The position numbers were made by a program, and so were the translations under genes. This document shows, one piece after another, positions 37,726 through 48,560 of a stretch of DNA of 64,000 nt. The stretch spans positions 15,135,903 through 15,199,902 of the forward strand of contig CM082577.2 in NCBI GenBank assembly GCA_040954595.2, given 5' to 3'. The first letter of the stretch is position 1. Each line of letters opens with the position of its first letter. Source of the DNA: Balanoglossus misakiensis (Eukaryota; Animalia; Hemichordata). The notes below the pieces were generated by a model, which worked only from the letters and a program-made list of their open reading frames with translations, was not told where the DNA came from and did no database searches.

Positions 37726-40700
37726 GTAAGCTGTAAAAGTTTCCTCCCGTGCTTGTGTTAGAAAATATATATATATATATATTGATTGTATATCACCATA
37801 TATCACCGAAGAATTCAATAGCCTTCACTGATTTTACTACCATTTAATTTTTAATGGTAATAAGTTCAATTTTGCTTCAATAGTCGGGTAGCAATAGATG
37901 AATAATATTTGATCATGAAATGTCGTTGGACAGAATACAATCTGTTTGGAATGAGTCCACCATCTCATTTTATGCACGTGTGCATGATTTTGTATGTACA
38001 AACATTACGACCAATTAAAATGTTCTGCAAATTTTGCGTTTGACGCATTTGAATTGTAGACTGCCTTCACTTCAATTCCATATTTCATGCACACTGTATA
38101 AGTAGACTTAAGTTTTGTCCCTTCTTTCGCCCAGTTTACTGTCTGCCCGATCCTCGACAAGACTTCCTCATCTTGTAATATGTTGTTAGGACTGCACACT
38201 GCCTTTTGGCCATGACTGTACATAATATTTACAACCTGGTATCTGGTTTGGCACATGCACATATGATGACCATCGCCCTTTAAAAGGTGGGTGTCGGTCC
38301 CATCAGCGGCTGCATTCATGGGTCCCATTAAAACACAGTTGCTAGCAAGTCAAAAAGGCACAAGTGTCACCTATCAGCTACAATGTGTCATGTGAAAAAT
38401 TGCGTTTGTTACTTTGTAAATCAGGACAAACAATAAATAATTGCTTTAATCACATCAAGTTATTTAAGCAATAACCCCCGCCGCAGGCGGCTATACGCGA
38501 GATTTGGATACAATTCGAGACATTTAGCACGAGCCGTCAGGCGAGTGCAATATGGAGCGAATTGTACCCAAATCGAGTGTATACCCGACTGAGGCGGGGG
38601 TTATTGCTATTATATTATGTCAACAATTGTTTTTGTGGCATATCAGTTTCATTTTCTTACCGAAATGGCGTCAGAAAGAGAAATTACGATCGTGAACCAA
38701 CATGGCGACGATGAATGTAAACACGAGCGGCCGGGATCGAGCATTAAACATGAAGCAGACGACAAAAAGTGACAAGACGGGCATCGCGCGTGGCAAAGTG
38801 ACACATATTTCAATAGAGCAGTTCCAAAATAAAACGTCCGTCAATTCAACAGTATTTTTATTTTATTTATTTCGTTTAAATACACGCGACTATGGTTTAA
38901 CCGCACATTTTGCTGCCAAAACACATGCTGGTTCAGGGGCCCGTTTCAACAGTGCTATATTTAAGCAATAAAACACCCCCAGCCATGGTATATCACGAGA
39001 TTTTGACCAGTTCACGACATATACGCACGAGCGATAGCGAGTGCGTATATGGAGTTGAACTGGTCAAAATCGAGTGGTATACCATGGCTGGGGGTGTTTT
39101 ATTGCTATTATATTATGCCAGTATATTGAAACTTTGCATAAAACATTTTAAAAAGGCATTTTCTTAAACTATGATATATGACTGTGGTATATGGCTAATA
39201 TATCACGGTCACGTGTCGTGTCTCGACCAATCAAATATCGTGATTTACACCATCAATATACTGGTATAATATAATGATTATTTTAGCATCGCTGGATATA
39301 ACTTGATATAACATGTCTTGATTGGCATGGTCTCTAATGATACTTCAATGTCTCCAATGTTTATAAACAGAACTCTTCACACATGGACCCCTTCCTTTAA
39401 TCCTCACTACAACGACATCCAAGTTTTGTTCTATTATTCCTGATAGTAAATTGTATGAAGACTGATTTCAATAAAACATATCGAAACCTTAGTTTAAAAT
39501 TTGCCGTCAGCACAATCCCCACAGTACAGGTCTCGCAAAGTGTGCATACAATATTACTATTAAAGGAATTCAAGTTACGACCATCTCTAATTTCCACATG
39601 TCCATACATGAGGTGTGTACAAGTCTTCAAACGACTATGTCATGGCAAATTCTTTTACATCTGTCCACTTATTGAAAATTGTGACTCATTGAAAATAGGT
39701 AACTGTGGCTAAATTGGCATACCGTACATGTGTACAGGTATAACCATAGACTCTCACATTCACAAACACAATAATAAATACCGTACATCTGCTGTCGCAA
39801 TAGAAACCAGTGTGCAAAATACACAGAACGTAACATCTTTTGGAGCTAATTCACGACATCTTCGCGCACCACTCGGCCGGGGTGCAGTTCCCTCCTATTA
39901 ACCAGCCCTCTGCACACAACTCATATAGTTTGCTTACATTTATTTTGTTCCATTGCTAATCTCAACATCGTAGACGGACAAACCACAGCAAGCATTGTAC
40001 AGATTAAAGTGGTCACCACGGTTATTCAATAAAACCGACAACCCCGGAATCACCTACCTGCTGATCATACTGAAATATATTTTTGACATGAAATGATATA
40101 TGGTTCTGTGTACAGTTCAGTGTAAAACAAATATGTTACTGCTGAAGGGTGGTGCCAAAAATAGCAATGGAAGCTTAATGTCTTCCGTGCATGATTGGCT
40201 GCGTACATTGCCATTTTAAACCATGTGATGGCGCATGTCAAACAGTTATCAATTTCAGTCTATGAAGTCAAGGGAGTTTACTCATGTAAACTTAGTCTGG
40301 CTAGCAAAGATAAGTTGTATGAGGTTATCATATATCAAAGGAAGTATGTAAAAGAGATGGCATTCTTGTTTTATATAATCCGTCTTATGGGCAAATAAGT
40401 ACAGGTTGCTTGGTTGGCAATTTGGTTGGAGTTACAATCAAGAAATTTTCAAAACCTTCCTTGTATTTCAATACTGTAATTTAAAAGTTTATGTTAACAC
40501 AATTATATATTATATTTCGACCAATCAACGTTCACATATCTCACTATTCTCTTTTTTCTTTGCATGCAACCTGATGATAAATCAGATGGCAACAAAAAGT
40601 GGAGAGATGATAATCGATGTGGAGCAAATTTCCCTCTCCCTGATGGCAGTCCAGCCGAGTGTAACCCAGATGGTATATATCCTTGCTGTTCACCTTACAA

Positions 40701-43700
40701 TTGGTGTGGTAATACTGCAGATCACTGCACATGCGCCAACTGCATAGACTACAGAGGTAAATATGGTACATATTAAATTTATGTTCACACAATTATATAT
40801 TATATTTCGACCAATCAACGTTCACATATCTCACTATTCTCTTTTTTTCTTTGCATGCAACCTGATGATAAATCAGATGGCAACAAAAAGTGGAGAGATG
40901 ATAATCGATGTGGAGCAAATTTCCCTCTCCCTGATGGCAGTCCAGCCGAGTGTAACCCAGATGGTATATATCCTTGCTGTTCACCTTACAATTGGTGTGG
41001 TAATACTGCAGATCACTGCACATGCGCCAACTGCATAGACTACAGAGGTAAATATTGTACATATTAAATTTATGTTCACACAATTATATATTATATTTTG
41101 ACCGATCAACATTCACATGTCTCACAATTCTCTTTTTTTCTTTGCATGCAACCTGATGATAAATTAGATGGCAACAACAACAAGTGGAGAGATGATAATC
41201 GATGTGGAGCAAATTTCCCTCTCCCTGATGGCAGTCCAGCCGAGTGTAACCCAGATGGTATATATCCTTGCTGTTCACCTTACAATTGGTGTGGTAATAC
41301 TGCAGATCACTGCACATGCGCCAACTGCATAGACTACAGAGGTAAATATTGTACATATTAAATTTATGTTCACACAATTATATATTATATTTTGACCAAT
41401 CAACATTCACATGTCTCACAATTCTCTTTTTTTCTTTGCATGCAACCTGATGATAAATTAGATGGCAACAACAACAACTGGAGAGATGATAATCGATGTG
41501 GAGCAAATTTCCCTCTCCCTGATGGCAGTCCAGCCGAGTGTAACCCAGATGGTATATATCCTTGCTGTTCACCTTACAATTGGTGTGGTAATACTGCAGA
41601 TCACTGCACATGCGCCAACTGCATAGACTACAGAGGTAAATATTGTACATATTAAATTTATGTTCACACAATTATATATTATATTTTGACCAATCAACGT
41701 TCACATGTCTCACAATTCTCTTTTTTTCTTTGCATGCAACCTGATGATAAATTAGATGGCAACAACAACAAGTGGAGAGATGATAATCGATGTGGAGCAA
41801 ATTTCCCTCTCCCTGATGGCAGTCCAGCCGAGTGTAACCCAGATGGTATATACCCTTGCTGTTCACCTTACAATTGGTGTGGTAATACTGCAGATCACTG
41901 CACATGCGCCAACTGCATAGACTACAGAGGTAAATATGGTTCATATTAAATTTATTTTCACACACTTATTGGTATATTTCGACCAATCAACGTTCACATA
42001 TCTCACTATTCTCTTTTTTCTTTGCATGCAACCTGATGATAAATCAGATGGCAACAAAAAGTGGAGAGATGATAATCGATGTGGAGCAAATTTCCCTCTC
42101 CCTGATGGCAGTCCAGCCGAGTGTAACCCAGATGGTATATATCCTTGCTGTTCACCTTACAATTGGTGTGGTAATACTGCAGATCACTGCACATGCGCCA
42201 ACTGCATAGACTACAGAGGTAAATATGGTTCATATTAAATTTATTTTCACACACTTATTGGTATATTTCGACCAATCAACGTTCACATATCTCACTATTC
42301 TCTTTTTTCTTTGCATGCAACCTGATGATAAATCAGATGGCAACAAAAAGTGGAGAGATGATAATCGATGTGGAGCAAATTTCCCTCTCCCTGATGGCAG
42401 TCCAGCCGAGTGTAACCCAGATGGTATATATCCTTGCTGTTCACCTTACAATTGGTGTGGTAATACTGCAGATCACTGCACATGCGCCAACTGCATAGAC
42501 TACAGAGGTAAATATGGTTCATATTAAATTTATGTCCACACACTTATTGGTATATTTCGACAAATCAACGTTCACATATCTCACTATTCTCTTTTTTCTT
42601 TGCATGCAACCTGATGATAAATCAGATGGCAACAAAAAGTGGAGAGATGATAATCGATGTGGAGCAAATTTCCCTCTCCCTGATGGCAGTCCAGCCGAGT
42701 GTAACCCAGATGGTATATATCCTTGCTGTTCACCTTACAATTGGTGTGGTAATACTGCAGATCACTGCACATGCGCCAACTGCATAGACTACAGAGGTAA
42801 ATATTGTACATATTAAATTTATGTTCACACAATTATATATTATATTTTGACCAATCAACGTTCACATGTCTCACAATTCTCTTTTTTTCTTTGCATGCAA
42901 CCTGGTGATAAATTAGATGGCAACAACAACAAGTGGAGAGATGATAATCGATGTGGAGCAAGTTACCCCCTTCCTGATGGCAGTCCAGCCGAGTGTAACC
43001 CAGATGGTATATATCCTTGCTGTTCACCTTACAATTGGTGTGGTAATACTGCAGATCACTGCACATGCGCCAACTGCATAGACTACAGAGGTAAATATGG
43101 TACATATTAAATTTATGTTCACACAATTATATATTATATTTCGACCAATCAACGTTCACATGTCTCACAATTCTCTTTTTTTCTTTGCATGCAACCTGGT
43201 GATAAATTAGATGGCAACAACAACAAGTGGAGAGATGATAATCGTTGTGGAGCAAATTTCCCTCTCCCTGATGGCAGTCCAGCCGAGTGTAACCCAGATG
43301 GTATATATCCTTGCTGTTCACCTTACAATTGGTGTGGTAATACTGCAGATCACTGCACATGCCCAGACTGCATAGACTACAGAGGTAAATATGGTACATA
43401 TTTACTGTATGTTAACACAATTTTCTATCATAATTAAACCATAGCCATGTGAAAAGTATACCTTTAATCGAATTCCATTTCTTGCTTGGTACTGATTAAC
43501 ATCAGATTGTGCTTATCATGGTGCAGTGATGCAATTTCATACTATCCTTGCGATTTAAGGCAAAAAAAAATGAATTGCATGGACCACAAGCATGATGCAG
43601 TACAGTGTCCAGGTCATATCTAAAGGTTGTGTATCTCAATTATTAAAGGTATACGGTCACCTATGCAAATATAGCTACAGTTACCATGGTAAATTTAGAT

Positions 43701-46166
43701 CTAGCCAATCACAGATTTTCATTGGGTGGCACACGCGAAAAAAAGAGCGCCATCAAAAGTTCTTTAGAACACTCAAATAAGCTATATCTGACATATATGG
43801 GCGTATGTAAATTAGAGGTGACCGTGTACCTTTAATGGGTAAACATTTCAGACCCTTTGTCTACACAATTTACAGATTATTTATGCTGCAGTCAGAAACA
43901 GCATTATACACACAAATCACATTTTCTTGCACAACATTAGTAGTCACTGAAAACATGTCCACGGTTTTACTGGGTAAACACACATCAGGAAAAGCATGGA
44001 TTGCAATTGACAACAATGTTGTTATGGTAACACATGAGCATAAGTAAACACAAGGCTTTCAACCCTGTCACCCCCAGTTCCCTCTTTAGAAGTCCAACCT
44101 TACCATAGAAAACAATGGGTTTGGACTTAACCATGGTGGTGAAAGGGTTAACGTTTTTGCACCTTTATTTATTTCTCACAGGACAAAAGACAGAAGCCCC
44201 ACCCACAGCAGCTCCGCCCACAGAAGCCCCACCCACAGCATCTCCGCCCACAGAAGCCCCTCCAACAGAGCCAGTGCCAACAACTGAAGGTAAATAACTT
44301 TTTTTCTAATTTAACTTTTCTTTTTGATCTTCCTCTATGTTTTCATCAGTTTCAACCCTTTCATTAGCGAATGCACGTAACTGTATATAAGTATAATATA
44401 AATATATTACAAAGTTTATATTCCCTCACTCACGCGAGAAATCCTTGAGGGTTTGAGATTATAATGATAATGCGTGATAATGTTGTAATTTCTTTTGTTT
44501 GGCATGCATTCTTAACTTGACCAGGACAACCTTTCAGTAAGTCTCATCATAAGATTACAAGATTAAATTTTGCAATGCATGGACATTGATTTTTTTCTAG
44601 CTAATTGTTTTGAAAATGATTAGTAAAAGGGTCAGTCCAACCATAGCGCAATCGGGAAATTTGCAGTGAATAATCGAAACAGTCGCTTTGCAGCCTCATA
44701 GGAAATTTTAAAATGGCTGGCTTTGTGTACACATAGAAATGAGAATGAAAATAGATCAGAAATGTGCACTGATGCAACTGTGCATTGGAGTGTATTACTG
44801 TGTGGATAAAAGTTACATAATGATTAGAATCCAGGTATATGATAAATGCTTTACTTACATAATATCTATCCTTGACGTGTTGTTTTAAATTTTCATCGAT
44901 ATATGCAGCAACTGTGATTCCAACATTGCCGCGTAAGTATCCAACCTATCATTTATTGCGTTGTTTTTCTAGATTCTACTTTCCAACTTAGTCCATTCAA
45001 TTGAGCTTACTGATTGGGTAACAACTTATATTATTTACCACTGATTGTAGCTGTATGTTAACATTTGAACAAGTTATAATTAGAAATAAGACTCGTTATT
45101 CAGCCACCCATTGCAAAAGTACAAACCTGTTGTGCTATGTGCCTGTAGGTCTTAAAATTCAATATGGTGTCGTCTGAAAATTCGAAATGGTGTTGTCCGT
45201 CCATTCAGGAAAGAAGTAGATTTTGAAAAAGTGAGTTATCACAAAGATGGCAGCTTGAATTTCAAAAAATACTGTTGCACCACAATTCAAATGCTTGCAC
45301 ACTGACTCAAATTTAAGAGGGAATAATGTAATGATGGCTTGAGCAAAATATGGTAAAAAAATCAGAACTGATTTCCAAGGCACACACTACTTTTAACACA
45401 CTACTTTAACACACCATTGCTGTACAGCTTGCACGTTTCCACCTGACATGGAGAATGTGGCGCAAGGCAAAGTAGCTAGCCAGAGTTCAGACAAACCAAG
45501 AAAGGATTCAGCAGCTGGCAATGCAGTGGATGGTGATTACAACAGCGATGCAACATCTGGGGCATGTTCATGGACAAACAAAGAGTACCAACCATGGTGG
45601 AAGGTGGACTTGGGTCAGAATTACAATATCTATGAGGTCGTCATCACGAACAGAGGAGACTGCTGTCGTAAGTTGGATTTTCTCATTAGCCGTAACTTCA
45701 TACTCTATAGCTAGTTCTTTGACTTGATAATTCTGCACACCTGTACTTGCCCGCAGACAAAGTCATTCAAAGTCAGAGTCAGTCAGTGTATTATTTCTTG
45801 AAAATACGCCATACATAAACACACTTCCATATACTGGTACATACTGCTGCATGCATGCACACACAAACACACATGCACACACACAGTTTAATAGTTCCAA
45901 TGTTCGTGTGACATTTTCTAATTGACTTTTAATGGCTATTTGCAGCCTTCCGTATCAAACATGCCGAGATCCGTGTGGGTGACAGTGCCGACTTCCACGA
46001 CAATCCAGTTTGTGGGATGATGATACTTGGCAGAATGGTCAAGGAACAGCCTATTCACGTCAGGTGTGGCTGCGAAACCCCAATGAGTGGAAGATACGTC
46101 AGTGTCCAAATCATGGATATGGAACAGCAGCTAACGTTGTGTGAAGTCGAAGTCATGGCTGCTTAA
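37671..46166 (+). CDS. Secreted multi-lectin: signal peptide + 10 hevein/chitin-binding type-1-like modules + Pro/Thr stalk + F-type lectin (fucolectin) domain, ~790 aa
   Basis: All introns are phase 1. Exons: 37671-37725; ten repeat exons starting 40586, 40877, 41168, 41462, 41756, 42048, 42337, 42626, 42917, 43211 (171 or 174 nt); 44182-44289; 44909-44932; 45428-45667; 45946-46166. AATAAA signals near 46360 and 46386. Confidence 0.85.
38462..39275. mobile_element. Twin long-hairpin element (possibly a non-autonomous Crypton/tyrosine-recombinase-type element) in the first intron of the lectin gene
   Basis: Two ~142-bp imperfect palindromes (38467-38608, 38964-39106). Both are framed by TATTTAAGCAATAA...TTATTGCTATTATATTATG and centred on GCACGAGC-n-GCGAGTGC. 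The family assignment is inference. Confidence 0.55.
40480..43420 (+). repeat. Tandem array of ~289-294-bp exon+intron units, 10 copies
   Basis: Units are nearly identical, including the ~118-120-nt introns. Visible directly and as repeated ORFs in the track. Confidence 0.97.
40586..43384 (+). CDS. Ten tandem exons, each encoding an 8-Cys hevein-like (chitin-binding type-1) domain
   Basis: Each exon reads WRDDNRCG-x-FPLPDGSPAECNPDGIYPCCSPYNWCGNTADHCTC-xx-CIDYR. CCSxYxWCGxxxxHC matches the hevein signature, with N in place of G. Boundaries are CAG/TAG acceptor and G|GTAAAT donor. Confidence 0.88.
43647..43831. mobile_element. 185-bp Kolobok-type MITE in a lectin gene intron
   Basis: TTAA-AGGTATACGGTCACCT ... 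AGGTGACCGTGTACCT-TTAA. Confidence 0.88.
44059..44151. mobile_element. piggyBac-type mini-MITE in a lectin gene intron
   Basis: CCCTGTCAC ... GTGAAAGGG-TTAA; homologous to 6789-6880. Confidence 0.7.
44182..44932 (+). CDS. Pro/Thr-rich stalk exon (44182-44289; TEAPPTAAPP repeats) and 24-nt micro-exon (44909-44932; ATVIPTLP)
   Basis: Canonical sites TCACAG|...|GTAAAT and ATGCAG|...|GTAAGT. Both exons are phase 1-1, with mucin-like composition. Confidence 0.8.
45428..46166 (+). CDS. F-type lectin (fucolectin) domain, exons 45428-45667 and 45946-46166
   Basis: NVAQGKVASQSS, NAVDG, PWWKVDLG, VVITNRGDCC, EIRVG, GRYVSV and LTLCEVEV are canonical F-type lectin motifs. Confidence 0.93.
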
Positions 46167-48130
46167 GTCACGACCGCGCCACGGTTCAATTACCAAAACA
46201 AAGAGGGATAATAGATAGAGAATCTTCATTCTCATTTTTTGGTGTTGGGAACTGAAAATTGCATGATAATGAACAAGGATCTAAAGGGGGCTAAAAGAAA
46301 GTGAATGTTATCAAGCAGAATTATTTAATTAATTTAATTATAACATGTAATTTTGGGGGAATAAATATAAAGGTGGATACATGGGAATAAAGTTTGACAT
46401 ATCTCAGTCAATTGATGGCCATTGTCTATTTTTATCGCAAACATGTTGATCAATACGGGACATATACCCTTTCATAATTTGCAGTCACCTGCACAAATAG
46501 TGACACCAGGGTGTTCAATAGTATTTGTTTCGACCGTAGCTGCGGTTCATGGAGAATGTAAATATAGTTACACAGAGGATTGCCAGTTTATGTCGAAAAC
46601 GTTCCACGTGTGAATAACGAGTTCAAAATCTAGACGTATATTACATAATCAGTCGATTAATCAATCAATCAATCAATCGTTCGATCAATCAAGCAATCAA
46701 CCAGTCTCTATTTCTCCAATTTGGCATAACACATCACATCATAACACAAAACGACACAACACAACCTGAAACATGTTGAGAAAGTGCAGAAGCAATTAAA
46801 CTCTTCACGCATACAAGTTCATGGCTGGAGTAAATCGCAATAATTTATGATGCTTGATGGATGCTGCTATTTTCCTGAAATTATTAATGGTTGACTGTGG
46901 TTCACCCAAAAGTTCATGGTCATATTCTTTGATATCAAATGACATCAGACGTACGGTAGTACTGTTGACATTCAAATTTCCATACGAGGGACAAATTCAG
47001 CAACATGGCGCGGACAACGACTGTGCAGACGAAACGCCACAAGGCTGATGAGGCACCACCCCCCCCCCCCCACATGTTACGTGTCTGGCAGCTCTAAAAG
47101 TATACACTGGATGTCGAAATATTGTTTGCCCATCACCTGGAAATGGCAAATGCCGTGGTCACATTGGACAGATCACGTGATTGATATTAACGAATTTAAT
47201 TCGCTCGGCAGCATGTGCATACCTATGTGTGTCTACAAAATTACACTTTAAATTAATCTTCTGTGTAGTATACAGAACATTCTTTCGGCATTTTGGTTTT
47301 CATTTTCTCCTGTCCAAAGCAAACAACCTGACACTGACAACTATAGGGTAATATGTTCAATTTGGGTCGTTGGTTTTGTTACGGGCAGAAAATCACATTA
47401 TTTATGCTGTTTACTTAGGATCGTTGACTCATTTTTCAATACTTTTGTCTGCCAAGGCAAAGAGAACCACGGCACATTTATTAACATGCAGTTACTCCAG
47501 AGGTCGACAAAAAGACAAGAAGAGTCCTGAAGACTATAAGAGACACAGTAGATATCTGCCTTGTGGACACTTCTTTCGGCTACGCCTTGCGAATGTGAGA
47601 AAATGGTTTTATGGGTAAAAGGAGTATTAAAATCAGTCCAGCGTAAAAAGCGACAGATTTGAAGATAGTCTATGCCTGTGCGTGTTTGGCCTCTGTATTA
47701 CCAGTGAAGTGGCCGCTGGTGGTGCGTGGGTTTCGTGGACAACTGGCCCATAAAACTGTCCCCTTGAAAATTGTCATTGGATGAATCAATGCGATTGGTG
47801 TTTAAATGGTTCTATGGGCATGCATGCATTGCATGACGATACCATGGTAATACCAGATTTTTATCTGGGTGAACTTGATATGAACTCCGGAGACGTGCAA
47901 GATATGTTTTGACTTTGGATGAGAATTCTCTTGAAGTTGGAGTCATGGGTTACTTTGATTAACTTTCGGACTTGAACATTGGTGGCGCTATCTGTCAGAA
48001 GAGTGCCCCTTCAGTTATTTACTACGTGTTGCCTGGCCTGGGGCGCGTTCGATTTGCACGATCATGTTTGTGATTGGCGTGACGTCATTGTTAAAAGCGA
48101 GGCTGTAAACAAAAATCATGTTTACATGTA

Positions 48131-48560
48131 ATGGCTGCCATCAGCGTCGGTGGGTACTTTTACTTTCGAAGCTGTAGAGATATTTATCAACACCCTCTGA
48201 TGAAGACGACGATGATGATGACTATTTCTTTTTGTGGAATGGTCCGAAAGATAGGAAGATGAGGGAGAAAACTATTTGATACGCTGAAAATGTTGTTCCT
48301 CGATATCGGCTTGACGACTTCAAGCGGCATTTTCTCCTACATTGATCAACTTTTGAGATCGTGTAACGTTTACTGTTAACTTGTCCGAAGTTGCCGCTTA
48401 ATCACCACCGTGGAAGATCGCCCGTGCCGTTAACAAAGCAGTTATTAACACTATGGGTCATAGGAAATCCAGAATGTTTGAGGTGTATTGCCGACAGATT
48501 TGGAGTGAGTTATTCCACTGTATACGTTACCTATTGACGAATGTGTTAAGTCATATTAAA
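48131..48560 (+). pseudogene. Decayed PIF/Harbinger transposase, N-terminal part
   Basis: Frame reads YAENVVPRYRLDDFKRHF..STFE and KQLLTLWVIGNPECLRCIADRFGVSYSTV (HARBI1-family HTH region) with several in-frame stops. A possible 5' terminus GGGGCGCGTTCGAT is at ~48040. Confidence 0.82.

Noticed and set aside
40544-43399. Repeated minus-strand Cys/His-rich ORFs (MCEHKF...)
   Set aside because: Antisense of the hevein exons; splice signals and domain motif support the plus strand.
40480-43420. CRISPR-like array
   Set aside because: The units are ~290-bp exon+intron duplicates with no unique spacers, the context is eukaryotic, and no cas genes are present.
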